Assembly: GCA_031411295.1 (NCBI GenBank)
Contig: JANOAV010000041.1
Location: 1 to 64,000 of the forward strand
Reading direction: 5' to 3'
Source: Verrucomicrobiales bacterium
GTDB taxonomy: Bacteria > Verrucomicrobiota > Verrucomicrobiia > Verrucomicrobiales > V1-33
Length of the DNA stretch: 64,000 nt
Below the pieces are notes generated by a model. That model did not search any database and was not told the DNA's origin. It saw nothing but the letters and a program-made list of their open reading frames with translations. Within the stretch, counting starts at the first letter, position 1. Each line of letters starts with the position of its first letter. The position numbers were made by a program, and so were the translations under genes. Shown piece by piece: positions 1 to 10,043 of the stretch.

Positions 1-170
1 AAGGCTGCGGCGAAATTGGAAAAGAATGCGGGAAGCGGCAGGGAGTTATGGGGCATCCGCCCAATCCATCAGAAGCTGGCAGGGCGCCATGGGAAATTAC
101 AGAATTCCAGATATTTTTGAATCCTTAAAGGCATTGGGCTAAAGCCCGAACTCCAACTGAAATCACAGGG

Positions 171-1028
171 TTAAACCAGCGGGGCGAGGTTTTCCTTGCA
201 CCACTCACCGTTTTGGCGGGTCACGCCGTCTGGGTTGGTTACGGCATCATGGCACTCGTCCTCGCAGACGATCCAGCCACTGTAGTTCCGGGAGACGAGC
301 CACTCGGTGATCTTGTGGAAGTCCAGTTTGCCCGTGCCCATTTGCGCCCATGGCTCAGGGCCGTTGCCGCTGAAATCTTTGTAGTGGATGTGGTTCACGA
401 GGTGCGCCCATTTGTTCAACGTGGCAATCACATCCATGCCGCCACGGATGATGTGGCCCACATCGGGTGTCCAGCCTGTCACCTTGGGATCCAGGCTGCT
501 GAGCACCACATCATAATCTTCCTGGGTGCGCACGATGGAGGCTGGTGGGCTGTTGGGGTGGTAAGAACATTTAATGCCCAGATCCACCGCGCGTTGGGAA
601 ACGGCATTGATATTGCGAGCAACGTTCAAGCGACGTTTTTGCAGATCGTTCTTCCGACCGCTGGGCAGGGTCACGGTGCCGAGCATGGCTCCGGGGAAAT
701 GCTTCAGGAGGTTCATGGTCCAGTCCGCGCACTCGCGTTCAGCGTCGGTTTCCTTGTCGCCATCCCAGCCACAAATCAGGGCCAAGCCGCAGAGTTCGAC
801 GTTGTTGGCCGCCAGGGTGTCCTTCAGCTTGGAAGGATCGCCAAAGTCGCCCATCCAGTATTTGCAGAGACCCAGTTGGTCCGCGATTTGCAGCACCATG
901 GGCTCAATGCCCTTGAAGCCGCTCTGTCCCGCCACTTCGATCATGTGGCCCAATTTGTTATCATAACCTTTCCCGGTCCCTTGCATGAACCAGGTATAGA
1001 CTTCCGAAGCGAATTTTATTTGTGACAT
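171..1028 (-). CDS. Sugar phosphate isomerase/epimerase family TIM-barrel protein (IolE/xylose-isomerase-like)
   Basis: Family motifs GFKGIE, YHPN, PDVGH, HIHYKD, GTGKLDF, YSGWIVCE; same strand and downstream of a Gfo/Idh/MocA dehydrogenase. Confidence 0.85.
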   Translation of the reverse strand: MSQIKFASEVYTWFMQGTGKGYDNKLGHMIEVAGQSGFKGIEPMVLQIADQLGLCKYWMGDFGDPSKLKDTLAANNVELCGLALICGWDGDKETDAERECADWTMNLLKHFPGAMLGTVTLPSGRKNDLQKRRLNVARNINAVSQRAVDLGIKCSYHPNSPPASIVRTQEDYDVVLSSLDPKVTGWTPDVGHIIRGGMDVIATLNKWAHLVNHIHYKDFSGNGPEPWAQMGTGKLDFHKITEWLVSRNYSGWIVCEDECHDAVTNPDGVTRQNGEWCKENLAPLV

Positions 1029-1104
1029 GAGGTGTTAGTTTTTAGTTGGGAATGAAAAGTGGGCAGACGCAGAGGTTGGTGATTTTCCGGGGAAGTTTCA
1101 AGCA

Positions 1105-1779
1105 TTATTTAGGGTGATTTGAACCACCTGAACCGCCTAGAGCAGCCACCAGCTTTGCCCCGTCACGCTTTAACAGCGCCTTGGTGTCCAGCACGAGGCC
1201 GGGGAAAACTTTGGAATGGATCAGGCCCTTGTTCGCTGGGAGCAATTGATACTCCCCGGCGGTCAAATGGAACCATGCCACGGTATTTTCCTCAGTGAGC
1301 CAGACGAGATATTCTGTCACTCCGGCCCGGCGGTAGGCGCGTTTTTTTTCGTGCATATCAATGGACCGCGTGCTGGCTGAGATCTCGCAAACTAGCTCCG
1401 GGGAGCCACAGAGGTAACCGCGTTGATTGAGCCAGACCCGATGCTTTGGCTTCGGGGTGGTGCAGAGGATGGCGTCTGGCTGGGGGGCGTTTTCTTGATC
1501 CAGCAGCAAAGTGGCATTGGGGTAGGTCTTGAGGCCGCTCTTCGAATATGCATAGGAGGCCAGCCAAAACTGGATCAAACTATCAGGTTCGGCATGGGCA
1601 TCAGCGCGGACGGGGGAGGGCATATAGACGGTTCCTTCGATGAGTTGACACTTCTTCAGTTCCTTGGCGGCCTCATAGCGGACGAGGAATTCCACCACGG
1701 ATAGATGCTCCCCGTTTTCCAGGGGAAGAACCGCTGGTTGCCGGGACCGCTTCGTGGGAGGTGGGAGGGTCGAGTTCAT
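1105..1779 (-). CDS. Uma2 (DUF820) family putative endonuclease
   Basis: QLIEGTVYMPSP, PQPDA, PELVCEISAS, DMHEKKRAYRRAGVTEYLVW, SKVFPGLVLD. Confidence 0.9.
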   Translation of the reverse strand: MNSTLPPPTKRSRQPAVLPLENGEHLSVVEFLVRYEAAKELKKCQLIEGTVYMPSPVRADAHAEPDSLIQFWLASYAYSKSGLKTYPNATLLLDQENAPQPDAILCTTPKPKHRVWLNQRGYLCGSPELVCEISASTRSIDMHEKKRAYRRAGVTEYLVWLTEENTVAWFHLTAGEYQLLPANKGLIHSKVFPGLVLDTKALLKRDGAKLVAALGGSGGSNHPK

Positions 1780-1917
1780 GTTGCTGTGCCCTGAATCAAT
1801 AATGGTTTAAGAACCACGTTGCAACGAATTTGTGGCGCCCAAAACAAGCGATCCTATCAGGGCGCAGGACAAAAAAGTCAGATTTCCCGGACGAGCTTTC
1901 ATGGCTGATCTTAGCTT

Positions 1918-2226
1918 TTAAGCCCGCTCTCGCCAATAACCGGGATCTCTGCTAGTGTGCATCACGGCATAAATTACCACCTGCTCTTTGGTTGGTTCCC
2001 ACCCATAATAAATCACAAACGGAAATCGGCTCAGAACATACCGACGGACTTCTGGATCATCTACGATCCGCCACTGTGCCGGGGCGGCCGTTATGGAGGA
2101 AATCGCAGCTTCCAACGCATCTACGAATCGAGAAGCAATCCGAGGCGAGGCCTCCCGCAAATAGAATCTCGTCGCCTCAGCATACTCAAAGAGAGCCTCT
2201 GTATGGAAACGGAGTTTAGCAGCCAC
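1918..2226 (-). CDS. Type II toxin, RelE/ParE family
   Basis: FHTEA...EA..FY, RRYVLSRFPFVIYY, IYAVMHTSRDPGYW; 1-nt overlap with upstream antitoxin. Confidence 0.88.
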   Translation of the reverse strand: MAAKLRFHTEALFEYAEATRFYLREASPRIASRFVDALEAAISSITAAPAQWRIVDDPEVRRYVLSRFPFVIYYGWEPTKEQVVIYAVMHTSRDPGYWRERA

Positions 2227-2474
2227 TAACTTGCCTCCCGGGCTACATTCAGCAGTTGACGCACTTGAGCTAAAGCCTCGCTGCCGGCAACGAGGCCCAC
2301 CGTCCCAGCCTCAAGCTCGTAAATTCTGCGCCTAACCTCATTAATCTGTGCCTGCTGTAGTTCAGGACTTATTTCGTAAGCCAGGCTTTCCACAATACGG
2401 TCCGCCAACTCAGCCCGCTCAGGTGCGGAGAGTTGTTCCGCTTCTTCTAAAAGGTGCATCACAGCTTCACTCAT
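2226..2474 (-). CDS. Addiction-module antitoxin (TIGR02574-like)
   Basis: EAEQLSAPERAELADRIVESL...EVRRRI.E..AG pattern; coupled to RelE/ParE gene. Confidence 0.85.
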   Translation of the reverse strand: MSEAVMHLLEEAEQLSAPERAELADRIVESLAYEISPELQQAQINEVRRRIYELEAGTVGLVAGSEALAQVRQLLNVAREAS

Positions 2475-2480
2475 GGTGGA

Positions 2481-2509
2481 TAATTACGCTCCGTAGCCTT
2501 AGAGGTCAA
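2481..2509 (-). promoter_or_regulatory. Putative sigma70 promoter of the TA operon (likely leaderless)
   Basis: Minus strand TTGACC-17nt-TAATTA, ending 6 nt before the ATG at 2474. Confidence 0.45.
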
Positions 2510-2542
2510 GTTTACAATTTTCTACGCTCCGCCGCGGTGCGG

Positions 2543-3700
2543 TTAGCAATCCAGCTTCGTCCAAGCGGCATTGGCCTTGCTGCTGGCGACTACGGCCTCG
2601 ATGAAGGCCATGCCGCGCACGCCGTCTTCGATTTTCGGATAGTCCAGGCAGAGGGCATCCGGGGTGGTGTTGGTGATCAGGCAACGCAGGTGCTGGGCGA
2701 AGTTCTTGTAAATGTTGGCGAAGGCTTCGAGGTAGCCTTCCGGATGCGCTGGCGGAGTGCGGCCTGCGGCCAGAGCGGCTGGACAGAGGTAGCCATTGGC
2801 GGTGCGATAGACTTGGACGGGTTGATCCAGTGACTTGACCAACATGGTGTTCGGCTCGCGTTGATGCCATTCCAAGCCGCCGGTTTCGCCATAGACGCGG
2901 ATGTTGAGGTTGTTTTCCTCACCTACCGAGATCTGTGAGCAGTGCAGCACGCCTTTGGCTCCGTTGTCGAAACGCAGCAGCATATTGGCATCGTCGTCCA
3001 GTTGGCGACCTTCCACGAAGCTGGTGATATCGGCTGCCAATTCGGTGATTTTCAGACCCGTGATGTATTCGGCCAAATTTTCCGCATGAGTTCCGATATC
3101 GCCCACGCAGCCGCCGGCACCAGATTGGTTGGGATCAGTCCGCCAGCCGGCTTGCTTCTGACCGCTTTCCTCCAAGCGCGTGGCCAGCCAGCCTTGAGGA
3201 TATTCGACGACTACTTTGCGAATCTTGCCGAGCTTACCCGTGAGCACCATTTCCCGGGCTTGCTTCACCAAGGGGTAGCCGGTGTAATTGTGAGTCAGGC
3301 CATAAACGAGGCCGGATTTCTTAACGATGGCAGCCAGTTCTTTGGACTGTGCCAGATCGAAGCAGGCGGGCTTGTCGCTAAGGACGTGGAAGCCATTTTC
3401 CAATGCCATTTTGGCAGGAGGGAAATGCATGTGATTCGGGGTCACGATGCTGATGAAGTCCATCCGCTGATCCGCAGGCAGGGCCTTCTCCTTGGTGATC
3501 ATCTCCTCGAAGGTGCCGTAGCAGCGATCCGCCGGGAGATACAAATCTGCCCCCGAGGCCTTGGAGCGCTCGGGATCGGAAGAAAAGGCACCGCAGACCA
3601 GTTCGATCTGTTGATCCATCGCAGCGGCAATCCGGTGCACTGCTCCAATAAAGGCTCCACGGCCACCGCCGACCATGCCATAGCGAATTTTACGACTCAT
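2543..3700 (-). CDS. Gfo/Idh/MocA family oxidoreductase
   Basis: GMVGGGRGAFIGAVH, IVTPNHMH, HVLSDKP, HNYTGYP, GDIGTH, HPEGYLEAFANIY. Confidence 0.93.
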   Translation of the reverse strand: MSRKIRYGMVGGGRGAFIGAVHRIAAAMDQQIELVCGAFSSDPERSKASGADLYLPADRCYGTFEEMITKEKALPADQRMDFISIVTPNHMHFPPAKMALENGFHVLSDKPACFDLAQSKELAAIVKKSGLVYGLTHNYTGYPLVKQAREMVLTGKLGKIRKVVVEYPQGWLATRLEESGQKQAGWRTDPNQSGAGGCVGDIGTHAENLAEYITGLKITELAADITSFVEGRQLDDDANMLLRFDNGAKGVLHCSQISVGEENNLNIRVYGETGGLEWHQREPNTMLVKSLDQPVQVYRTANGYLCPAALAAGRTPPAHPEGYLEAFANIYKNFAQHLRCLITNTTPDALCLDYPKIEDGVRGMAFIEAVVASSKANAAWTKLDC

Positions 3701-3903
3701 GTTGATTTAAGTTAGTTGAGAGTTTGGGGAGAAAATCTGGTAGAAGGTCAGATTTATAGAATCGCCCAGCGCACTTGTCGAAAAAAATCTGCGATTTCCG
3801 CGGACGCAATTTAGACGGGAATCTGGGGCGACGACTACGAATCGGAGATCGGTCCCCTGCCTTCTAGCGAGATCGGGATCGCCAAATCCCCCCTGCCTTA
3901 TGA

Positions 3904-4191
3904 GAAGTCTAAGCCGTGCATGCCGCTGGCGGGCAACTCACGCGGGGGCAAATGCTGCGCATCAAAGTGAACTACCTCACGCGAGGCGGCATCTTCGGCA
4001 GTGCCGGGTTCGTCAACGGCGTGTTCGCTTCAGTGCGGGAACGCTTTGGGAAGAACCGGAAAAGCGGAGCAAGGAAACTCAAAGGCGTGGAGGCCGGAGT
4101 CCTTTGGGTGTTGCGGGATCTGCAAAAGGGAGTGGGCCAGCCAACGACCCCCCTGAAAAAGCAAATTCCTATCAGACAGACAGAAACGTAG
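3904..4191 (+). pseudogene. C-terminal remnant of an IS200/IS605-like (RAYT-type) tyrosine transposase
   Basis: EV*AVHAAGGQLTRGQMLRIKVNYLTRGGIFGSAGFVNGVF..RERFGKNRKSGARKLKG..LWVLRDL resembles, from recall, the C-tail of verrucomicrobial Y1 transposases; in-frame TAA at 3910; no catalytic N-terminus. Confidence 0.55.
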
Positions 4192-4430
4192 AGTCCGTGC
4201 CGAAACGGGAGTAGCGTAGCTTCAGCAAAGCAGCTTCGGCTTCAGCCAAATCAGGCGAACTGGACAAAATGAGATAAAGCAATGGGCATTGCCCCAATCG
4301 CCTTCAAGAAAGATCCAAGGCAAACCTACAGGCCGCGCACCTATCCAGGCTCATCTCAGGCAACCGTTGCACGCCTTTCCGCGTGAAAGGGACTTTTCCT
4401 GTCGGGAAGTTCGTCGTAATTATCCGTATC

Positions 4431-7085
4431 ATGCTCAAATCCATCCTCTCCCTCCTCACTGCAAGTCTCGCTCTTGCCACGGATATTCAGCTTTCACCCG
4501 ACGGACCGATTAATTCTCCCCAAGCTGCTCAGGTGGCTGCTCAGAAGGCTGCGAAGCCGGTGCGGGTTGTGGTGGGGAATGGAACGTTTGCGCTTACGGA
4601 GACGCTAAATTTTACTGGAGAGGATTCGCAAACAACATGGGTTGCGGCTCCGGGAGCGAAACCCATCATCTTGGCGGGGCGACCCGTTTCGGGTTGGAAA
4701 AAAGCGGAAGGCGGATTGTGGAAAGCTCCCCTGCCTGACAAGGCGATGAAATTTGAGCAACTCTGGATTAATGGCCGTCGCGCCACCTTGGCGCGTTCGC
4801 CCAACAAGGGGTATTTCCACATCACGGAAGCTGTCGGACCTGGCGTGTTTCCTGACTTGAAGGAGAACATGAATTTCCATGCATTCAGTATTGGAGCGGA
4901 GCAATACAATGTCCTCAAATCCATCCCCCAGGCGGAACGCGACGATGTCCTTCTCACTGTGACTCACGCTTGGGCGGTGGGGCAATGCCGCATCAAGGCG
5001 CTGAACGACGAAGCTCTCGCCGTCCAAATCAAGGGGCGTGCGCGGTATCCGTTCGTCGAGTTTGAGCCGGATCAACGTTACTGGATGGAGAACTATCGCG
5101 CTGCGCTGGATGCTCCCGGCGAGTGGTTTCTCGACAAAGCGAGGGGCGAGATTCTCTACCTTCCATTGCCCGGAGAAGACATGACAAAGGCTGAAGTCAT
5201 CGCTCCGGTGGTGGATAAATTCATCATCATGAAAGGCGCAAACGATGTTCGCTTTGAAGGAATTGCATTTCACTTCAGCAATCATCTTTATCCCGCCGAA
5301 GGCTTGCACGATGGACAAGCTGCGACCACGAGCGATGGCTGCATTGAGATTGAAAACAGCCGGGGCATTCATTTCACCAACTGCGAAATTGCCCACACGG
5401 GTCTGCATGCCATTTGGTTCAAAAATGGCTGCTCAGATTCATCGGTAAAGCATTGCCACCTGCATGATCTCGGAGGCGGTGGAGTTTACGTTGGTGAAAC
5501 CGCACGTCCTTCCGATGAACGCGTGAACCATCACATCATCATGGACGACTGCATCATTCAGCATGGCGGCCGCTTGCATCCCAGCGCCTGCGGCGTGGTC
5601 TTAACGCACACGCAGCATTGCGCCGTCACGCATTGCGACATCGGGGACTTTTACTACACCGGCGTTAGTGCTGGATGGAACTGGGGATACGGTGACACCG
5701 CATCGCGCGAAACGTTGGTGGAGAACAATCACATCCACCACCTCGGATGGGCGTATCTCAGCGACATGGGGGGATTCTATGGCCTGGGGACTTCGCCTGG
5801 GACGATCATTCGCGGCAACCATGTCCATCACATCGCGAGCCATCGTTATGGCGGTTGGGGCCTCTACAATGACGAAGGTGCAACGGACACGCTCATGGAA
5901 AACAACCTAGTGCACGACACCTGGAACGCGGGATTCCACCAGCACTATGGTTACTTCAACACTGTGAGGAACAACATTTTTGCGTTGGGAAACTCCGCGC
6001 AGATTCAAGCATCGCGCAACGAAGCCCGTCTGCGGTTTCGCTACACCAACAACATCGTGGTCTGGGATCCGGCTTCCCCGCTGCTCGATGGTGGTGAATG
6101 GAATTGGAAATTCTTCGATCAGCCGAACCCGGGTGAGCCAAAAGACAGCTTGGTTTTCCGCAAGAATCTCTACTGGCAGACCGATGGAAAAATCCCTGAG
6201 TTGCTGACGAAATCGAAATTCACTTGGGATGAGTGGCGCGCCATGGGCCGTGACGCAGGCTCGCAGTTTGCGGATCCCTTGTTTGAAAATATGGCCCAAC
6301 GAGACTTCCGCCTGAAGCCTGGTTCCCCCGCGGAGAAGATTGGATTCAAACCATGGGATCTCACGGTGGTGGGCGTTCGCAAGGACGATGCAGCATGGCG
6401 GAGTCTTGCTGCAAAGGGGCATGAATATCCAGCGTGGGATGCCGATGCCAAACCCTGGCCGTCGCCTGCCTACAAGGTGGTCCAAACATTCGAGCAGACT
6501 GCCGTGGGAGCGATTGGGATTCGCAATGCAAAGTTTGAACGCCCTGCAGGTGAGCCCGATCATGGTGAAAGCATCGGTGTGACCAATGAAACGGGCTCAC
6601 CGATTGGCGGCGTTTCCAAACGCAGTCTCAAAGTGCAAGACGCGCCGGATTTGAAGAACAGCTACGATCCCGTGCTGCACATTCATCCGAAGTGGGGCGC
6701 TGGAAACTTCCGCGCGACTTTCGATATCATGGCCCAGGAGGGGGCTGATTGGTTTTTCGAAATGCGTGCTGGCAACGGTGAATTTGCCGCTGGCCCTTAC
6801 GTGCGCTGGCAAAAGGGAACCCTCGTGGCGAACAACGCCGCTAGCCAAAAACTCGCTGATGTTAAACCCGGTGAATGGATTCGCGTTGATATCACAGCGT
6901 CCACCAGAGCTGAGAAATACGATGTCACCATTACCCGCCCAGATGGCACCAAAACAGAATTCAAAGCCATCCCCTGCAAGGCCACTTGGGATTCCGCGAG
7001 TTACCTGCTGTTTAGCGGCCTCAGCACGACGAAGACAGCGTTCTTCATTGATAATCTGAAGCTGGAGCAGTTGTCTTCACAATAA
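4431..7085 (+). CDS. Secreted right-handed parallel beta-helix protein (GH141/pectin-lyase-like fold)
   Basis: Signal peptide MLKSILSLLTASLALA; QLWINGRRATLARSPN, LDAPGEWF, DMGGFYGLG, GWGLYNDEG, beta-helix repeats; start moved to ATG 4431. Confidence 0.82.
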   Translation: MLKSILSLLTASLALATDIQLSPDGPINSPQAAQVAAQKAAKPVRVVVGNGTFALTETLNFTGEDSQTTWVAAPGAKPIILAGRPVSGWKKAEGGLWKAPLPDKAMKFEQLWINGRRATLARSPNKGYFHITEAVGPGVFPDLKENMNFHAFSIGAEQYNVLKSIPQAERDDVLLTVTHAWAVGQCRIKALNDEALAVQIKGRARYPFVEFEPDQRYWMENYRAALDAPGEWFLDKARGEILYLPLPGEDMTKAEVIAPVVDKFIIMKGANDVRFEGIAFHFSNHLYPAEGLHDGQAATTSDGCIEIENSRGIHFTNCEIAHTGLHAIWFKNGCSDSSVKHCHLHDLGGGGVYVGETARPSDERVNHHIIMDDCIIQHGGRLHPSACGVVLTHTQHCAVTHCDIGDFYYTGVSAGWNWGYGDTASRETLVENNHIHHLGWAYLSDMGGFYGLGTSPGTIIRGNHVHHIASHRYGGWGLYNDEGATDTLMENNLVHDTWNAGFHQHYGYFNTVRNNIFALGNSAQIQASRNEARLRFRYTNNIVVWDPASPLLDGGEWNWKFFDQPNPGEPKDSLVFRKNLYWQTDGKIPELLTKSKFTWDEWRAMGRDAGSQFADPLFENMAQRDFRLKPGSPAEKIGFKPWDLTVVGVRKDDAAWRSLAAKGHEYPAWDADAKPWPSPAYKVVQTFEQTAVGAIGIRNAKFERPAGEPDHGESIGVTNETGSPIGGVSKRSLKVQDAPDLKNSYDPVLHIHPKWGAGNFRATFDIMAQEGADWFFEMRAGNGEFAAGPYVRWQKGTLVANNAASQKLADVKPGEWIRVDITASTRAEKYDVTITRPDGTKTEFKAIPCKATWDSASYLLFSGLSTTKTAFFIDNLKLEQLSSQ

Positions 7086-7505
7086 AATTTCCGAATAAAC
7101 AGCCAGCCATCATGTAATTGTCAGGAAAATGCACGGTTCTGGGAGGAACGGCTCACGGTGGATGCGGACCCCAAGGCGTACGCCTGGGACCAGCGGGAAA
7201 CCCAGCGCCAGATCTATTTTCTGTGTCAGCATGTCGGGACCGGTTGACCGGGATTCGGCATCCTGCACCAAATTCTTCCGCCTGAGCAGTGGCAGCGCAT
7301 TGAGGCGCGCATGGCTGAACCGCAATGGGACAGCAGGCAAGCGCGCGCAGGTGAAGGGCCCCGTGTGCGCGGAACGCAACAACCCTTTCAATCGTATAGC
7401 GGTCGTAGCCACGCTCGTGAGAGCAGCGGCCCCCCAATCGGATTGGCCATTGGGGCCATCGTGTTGATCTTAAAGCTGATCGTGGCCGTTCTCAGTAGCA
7501 AGTGA
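7086..7505 (+). pseudogene. Possible gene remnant with C-terminal transmembrane anchor
   Basis: One frame open from 7086 to 7505 except TGA at 7245-7247; ends in PIGLAIGAIVLILKLIVAVLSSK. Confidence 0.35.
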
Positions 7506-7514
7506 CCTCAAACC

Positions 7515-7940
7515 TCAAGCACGGCGGCCTTCATCGACATCGTAATAGTCGAAGAACGTCACCAGATCCGCGCGATCGCCCAGCCCGCTGGATTCCTTGA
7601 ACCCTTGCAGCCGACCGGTGGCTCCGTTGTCTTCGTCCCGCCAACCGAATTTCACGCTGTATTTGTTGAACATGATGAGATCGTCCTCGGTGGGCCGGAA
7701 ACCTTGTTGATAGCACCACTCGAGCACGGCGGCATCGTCCGGTTCCGCCAAGGCCTGTTCGCGCAGGGCGGTATAGTCCACCTTGAGGAATCGACAGATG
7801 CGACCGTCGAAGCCCTGGCCTAGATTGGAAATATAATCTGCGGGCAACTCCCCTGCGGCGTGCATCCGAATTTTGTGACACATGCGGGCAAAATAAACCA
7901 GTCCGGAAGTGAGATCGTGGGCAGAACGGGGGAAGGCCAT
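7515..7940 (-). CDS. DUF5069 domain protein
   Basis: PRS....GLVYFARM..KIR.HAAGELPADY...G.GFD...C.FL.VDY..L, D.DEGR C-terminus. Confidence 0.85.
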   Translation of the reverse strand: MAFPRSAHDLTSGLVYFARMCHKIRMHAAGELPADYISNLGQGFDGRICRFLKVDYTALREQALAEPDDAAVLEWCYQQGFRPTEDDLIMFNKYSVKFGWRDEDNGATGRLQGFKESSGLGDRADLVTFFDYYDVDEGRRA

Positions 7941-8056
7941 GTGTGGAAATGGGGTTGGATGGGATGAACGGAGCGCAAACTGAGATGCGCCAGAATTCGC
8001 TGCCTCGCAAGAAACAATCTTGGCAGGCTGCGGAAAAGCGTTTATGCATCCCTCCC

Positions 8057-8926
8057 ATGCCCGCCGTCCGCACCGTAGCCGAACCCACCGAATTACTGCC
8101 CTATCTCTTCGCTTCCAATCCGGAGGTGAAGCGGACGAAGGTGCGCCAATGGCTGAAGTTCGGCTCCGTGCTGGTGAACGGGGTGGCGACCACGAAGTTC
8201 AACCAAGCCCTGAAGCCTGGGGACAAAGTGGAAATTCGGGCGGACAAGGCTGCGCGCATCCAACGGATCCTTCCGGCGGGAATGCGCGTCGTTTTCGAGG
8301 ACGCGCATTTAATTGTGATTGAGAAGCCGGAAGATCTGCTTTCCATCGCCAGTGAGGCGGAGAAGGATGAGACGGCGTATGCCTTCCTGACGGAGTATGT
8401 CAAACAGGGGAAGGATCGGTCCCGGGAACGGATCTGGATCGTGCATCGGTTGGACCGCGAGACGTCTGGGCTGATGATTTTCGCCAAGACCATGGAAGTG
8501 AAGGAAATCTTGCAGCAGAATTGGGACACGGCAGAGAAACAATATTTGGCAGTGGTCGAAGGTTCGTTTCCTGAAGACAGTGGCACTCTGCATTCTCACC
8601 TTGATGAGAACAGTCCGTTCAAAGTCTATGAAGGGAAACCCAGCGAGCGCACCCGGGAGGCGATTACCAATTTCCGCGTGCTCAAGCGCTCGCATGGTCG
8701 CAGCTTGATTGAATTATCGTTAGTGACCGGGCGGCGGCATCAGTTGCGGGTGCAACTGGCAGGCAAGGGGCATCCGATTGTGGGCGACGAGAAATATGAA
8801 GCCAAGACGGATCCCGCCAAACGGCTCGGACTCCATTCTGCGAAACTGAGCCTGCCGCATCCGATCACGGGCGAGCCGATGAGTTTCGTTTCTCCCCTGC
8901 CGCTGGAGTTGGTGCGGTTGATGTAG
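8057..8926 (+). CDS. RluA-family RNA pseudouridine synthase with N-terminal S4-like domain
   Basis: VHRLDRETSGLMIFAK (catalytic Asp), TGRRHQLRVQL, GHPIVGDEKY, LGLHS; start probably ATG 8057. Confidence 0.93.
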   Translation: MPAVRTVAEPTELLPYLFASNPEVKRTKVRQWLKFGSVLVNGVATTKFNQALKPGDKVEIRADKAARIQRILPAGMRVVFEDAHLIVIEKPEDLLSIASEAEKDETAYAFLTEYVKQGKDRSRERIWIVHRLDRETSGLMIFAKTMEVKEILQQNWDTAEKQYLAVVEGSFPEDSGTLHSHLDENSPFKVYEGKPSERTREAITNFRVLKRSHGRSLIELSLVTGRRHQLRVQLAGKGHPIVGDEKYEAKTDPAKRLGLHSAKLSLPHPITGEPMSFVSPLPLELVRLM

Positions 8927-8950
8927 CTTGCCGTCCGGTGGTGACGATGG

Positions 8951-9769
8951 CTACTCCAACGTTTGGTTCCGCGCAGGCCTGCTCGGATCGCCAAGATCAG
9001 CTTCATGCGTGTCACCATCCAGTGACCGTTGATTCATCCGGCGTTCGACGCCCCGCAAGATCGAGGTTTCGTCCTCCAACTGTCCAGCCAAGGCGTCGAT
9101 TCCGCTCGCGGCCGAGGAGGGAGTTGCGGCTAGGAGTTCGTCAGCGGTCAGTTCTTTATGCAGCAGCATCCGGGAGCGCGCATCCGCCACGGCCCGATAC
9201 CCTCGCGCGAGATCCGCCTGGCAGCCCTCCAGGCGCTTGGTCGCATCGCTCGGGGACTCCAGCAGGGGATCATCCAGACGTCGCTTTACGTCCACAAGTT
9301 CCTCCACCCGCGCCAGGGCGGCCCGCATAATTTCCGAGACCAGCGTTAGGGTCGGACCACTGCGTTCGGAATTGACGTCCGAACGCAGGCTGTGCTGGAC
9401 GATGGCGTCCCGGGCGTCGATCATCTTGTGCAAAACGCTAGCATCATCTGAGAGCCCGACTTCCCGCAGTTTTTCCAGCGTTTGCTGTTCCAGCGCGATG
9501 CGTTCTTTGGTGGCCGTTTTTTCCTCCGAGGAAATATGGTCCGCATGGCTCCGATGGACCAGCAGATGCACCCCGCGCGCCACAATCGAAGTCCCAATCC
9601 CCACCAGCATGCCAAAGCCAATCCCGCCGCCCATCGTTCCCTGCTCCGCCATCTGGACTCCCGCCGCCGTTCCGGCGGCTGAGCCAAGCCACACGGCAGG
9701 AGCCGTCACCAGCCGCCATAGCGCCCAGCCCATCAGCCCCAGTTTGCCCGTTTTGTCCGTTGTTGCCAT
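8951..9769 (-). CDS. Hypothetical membrane protein (2 N-terminal TM helices, coiled-coil C-terminus)
   Basis: Long ORF, hydrophobic N-terminal segments, helical charged C-terminus; start likely MATTDK at 9769. Confidence 0.65.
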   Translation of the reverse strand: MATTDKTGKLGLMGWALWRLVTAPAVWLGSAAGTAAGVQMAEQGTMGGGIGFGMLVGIGTSIVARGVHLLVHRSHADHISSEEKTATKERIALEQQTLEKLREVGLSDDASVLHKMIDARDAIVQHSLRSDVNSERSGPTLTLVSEIMRAALARVEELVDVKRRLDDPLLESPSDATKRLEGCQADLARGYRAVADARSRMLLHKELTADELLAATPSSAASGIDALAGQLEDETSILRGVERRMNQRSLDGDTHEADLGDPSRPARNQTLE

Positions 9770-10043
9770 GCGGGGATTTTCCATCAACGAGCAGGGGAGC
9801 GCAAGTTCCTTCGGTGGGGACTGCGAGTTCATTGCCATCCGAGTCGCCAACCATTTTGCCGAAAAATTGCCCGCCGAATTGGCTGGTGTTTGGGACCAGA
9901 TTCCGGTTTCATCCCAAAGTGCGTGCAGGGATTGCCTGCTCCACTTCTGGCGCGTCACAGATGCGGCCGCCGCAGCCACCTGGGAAAACGCTCACCCTCC
10001 AAAATGATCGCGTAAAATACGGTTGTTTCCACCACCATAACTC

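Noticed and set aside
1..56. N-terminus of a minus-strand gene running off the window (MPHNSLPLPAFFSNFAAA)
   Set aside because: Too short to support a call
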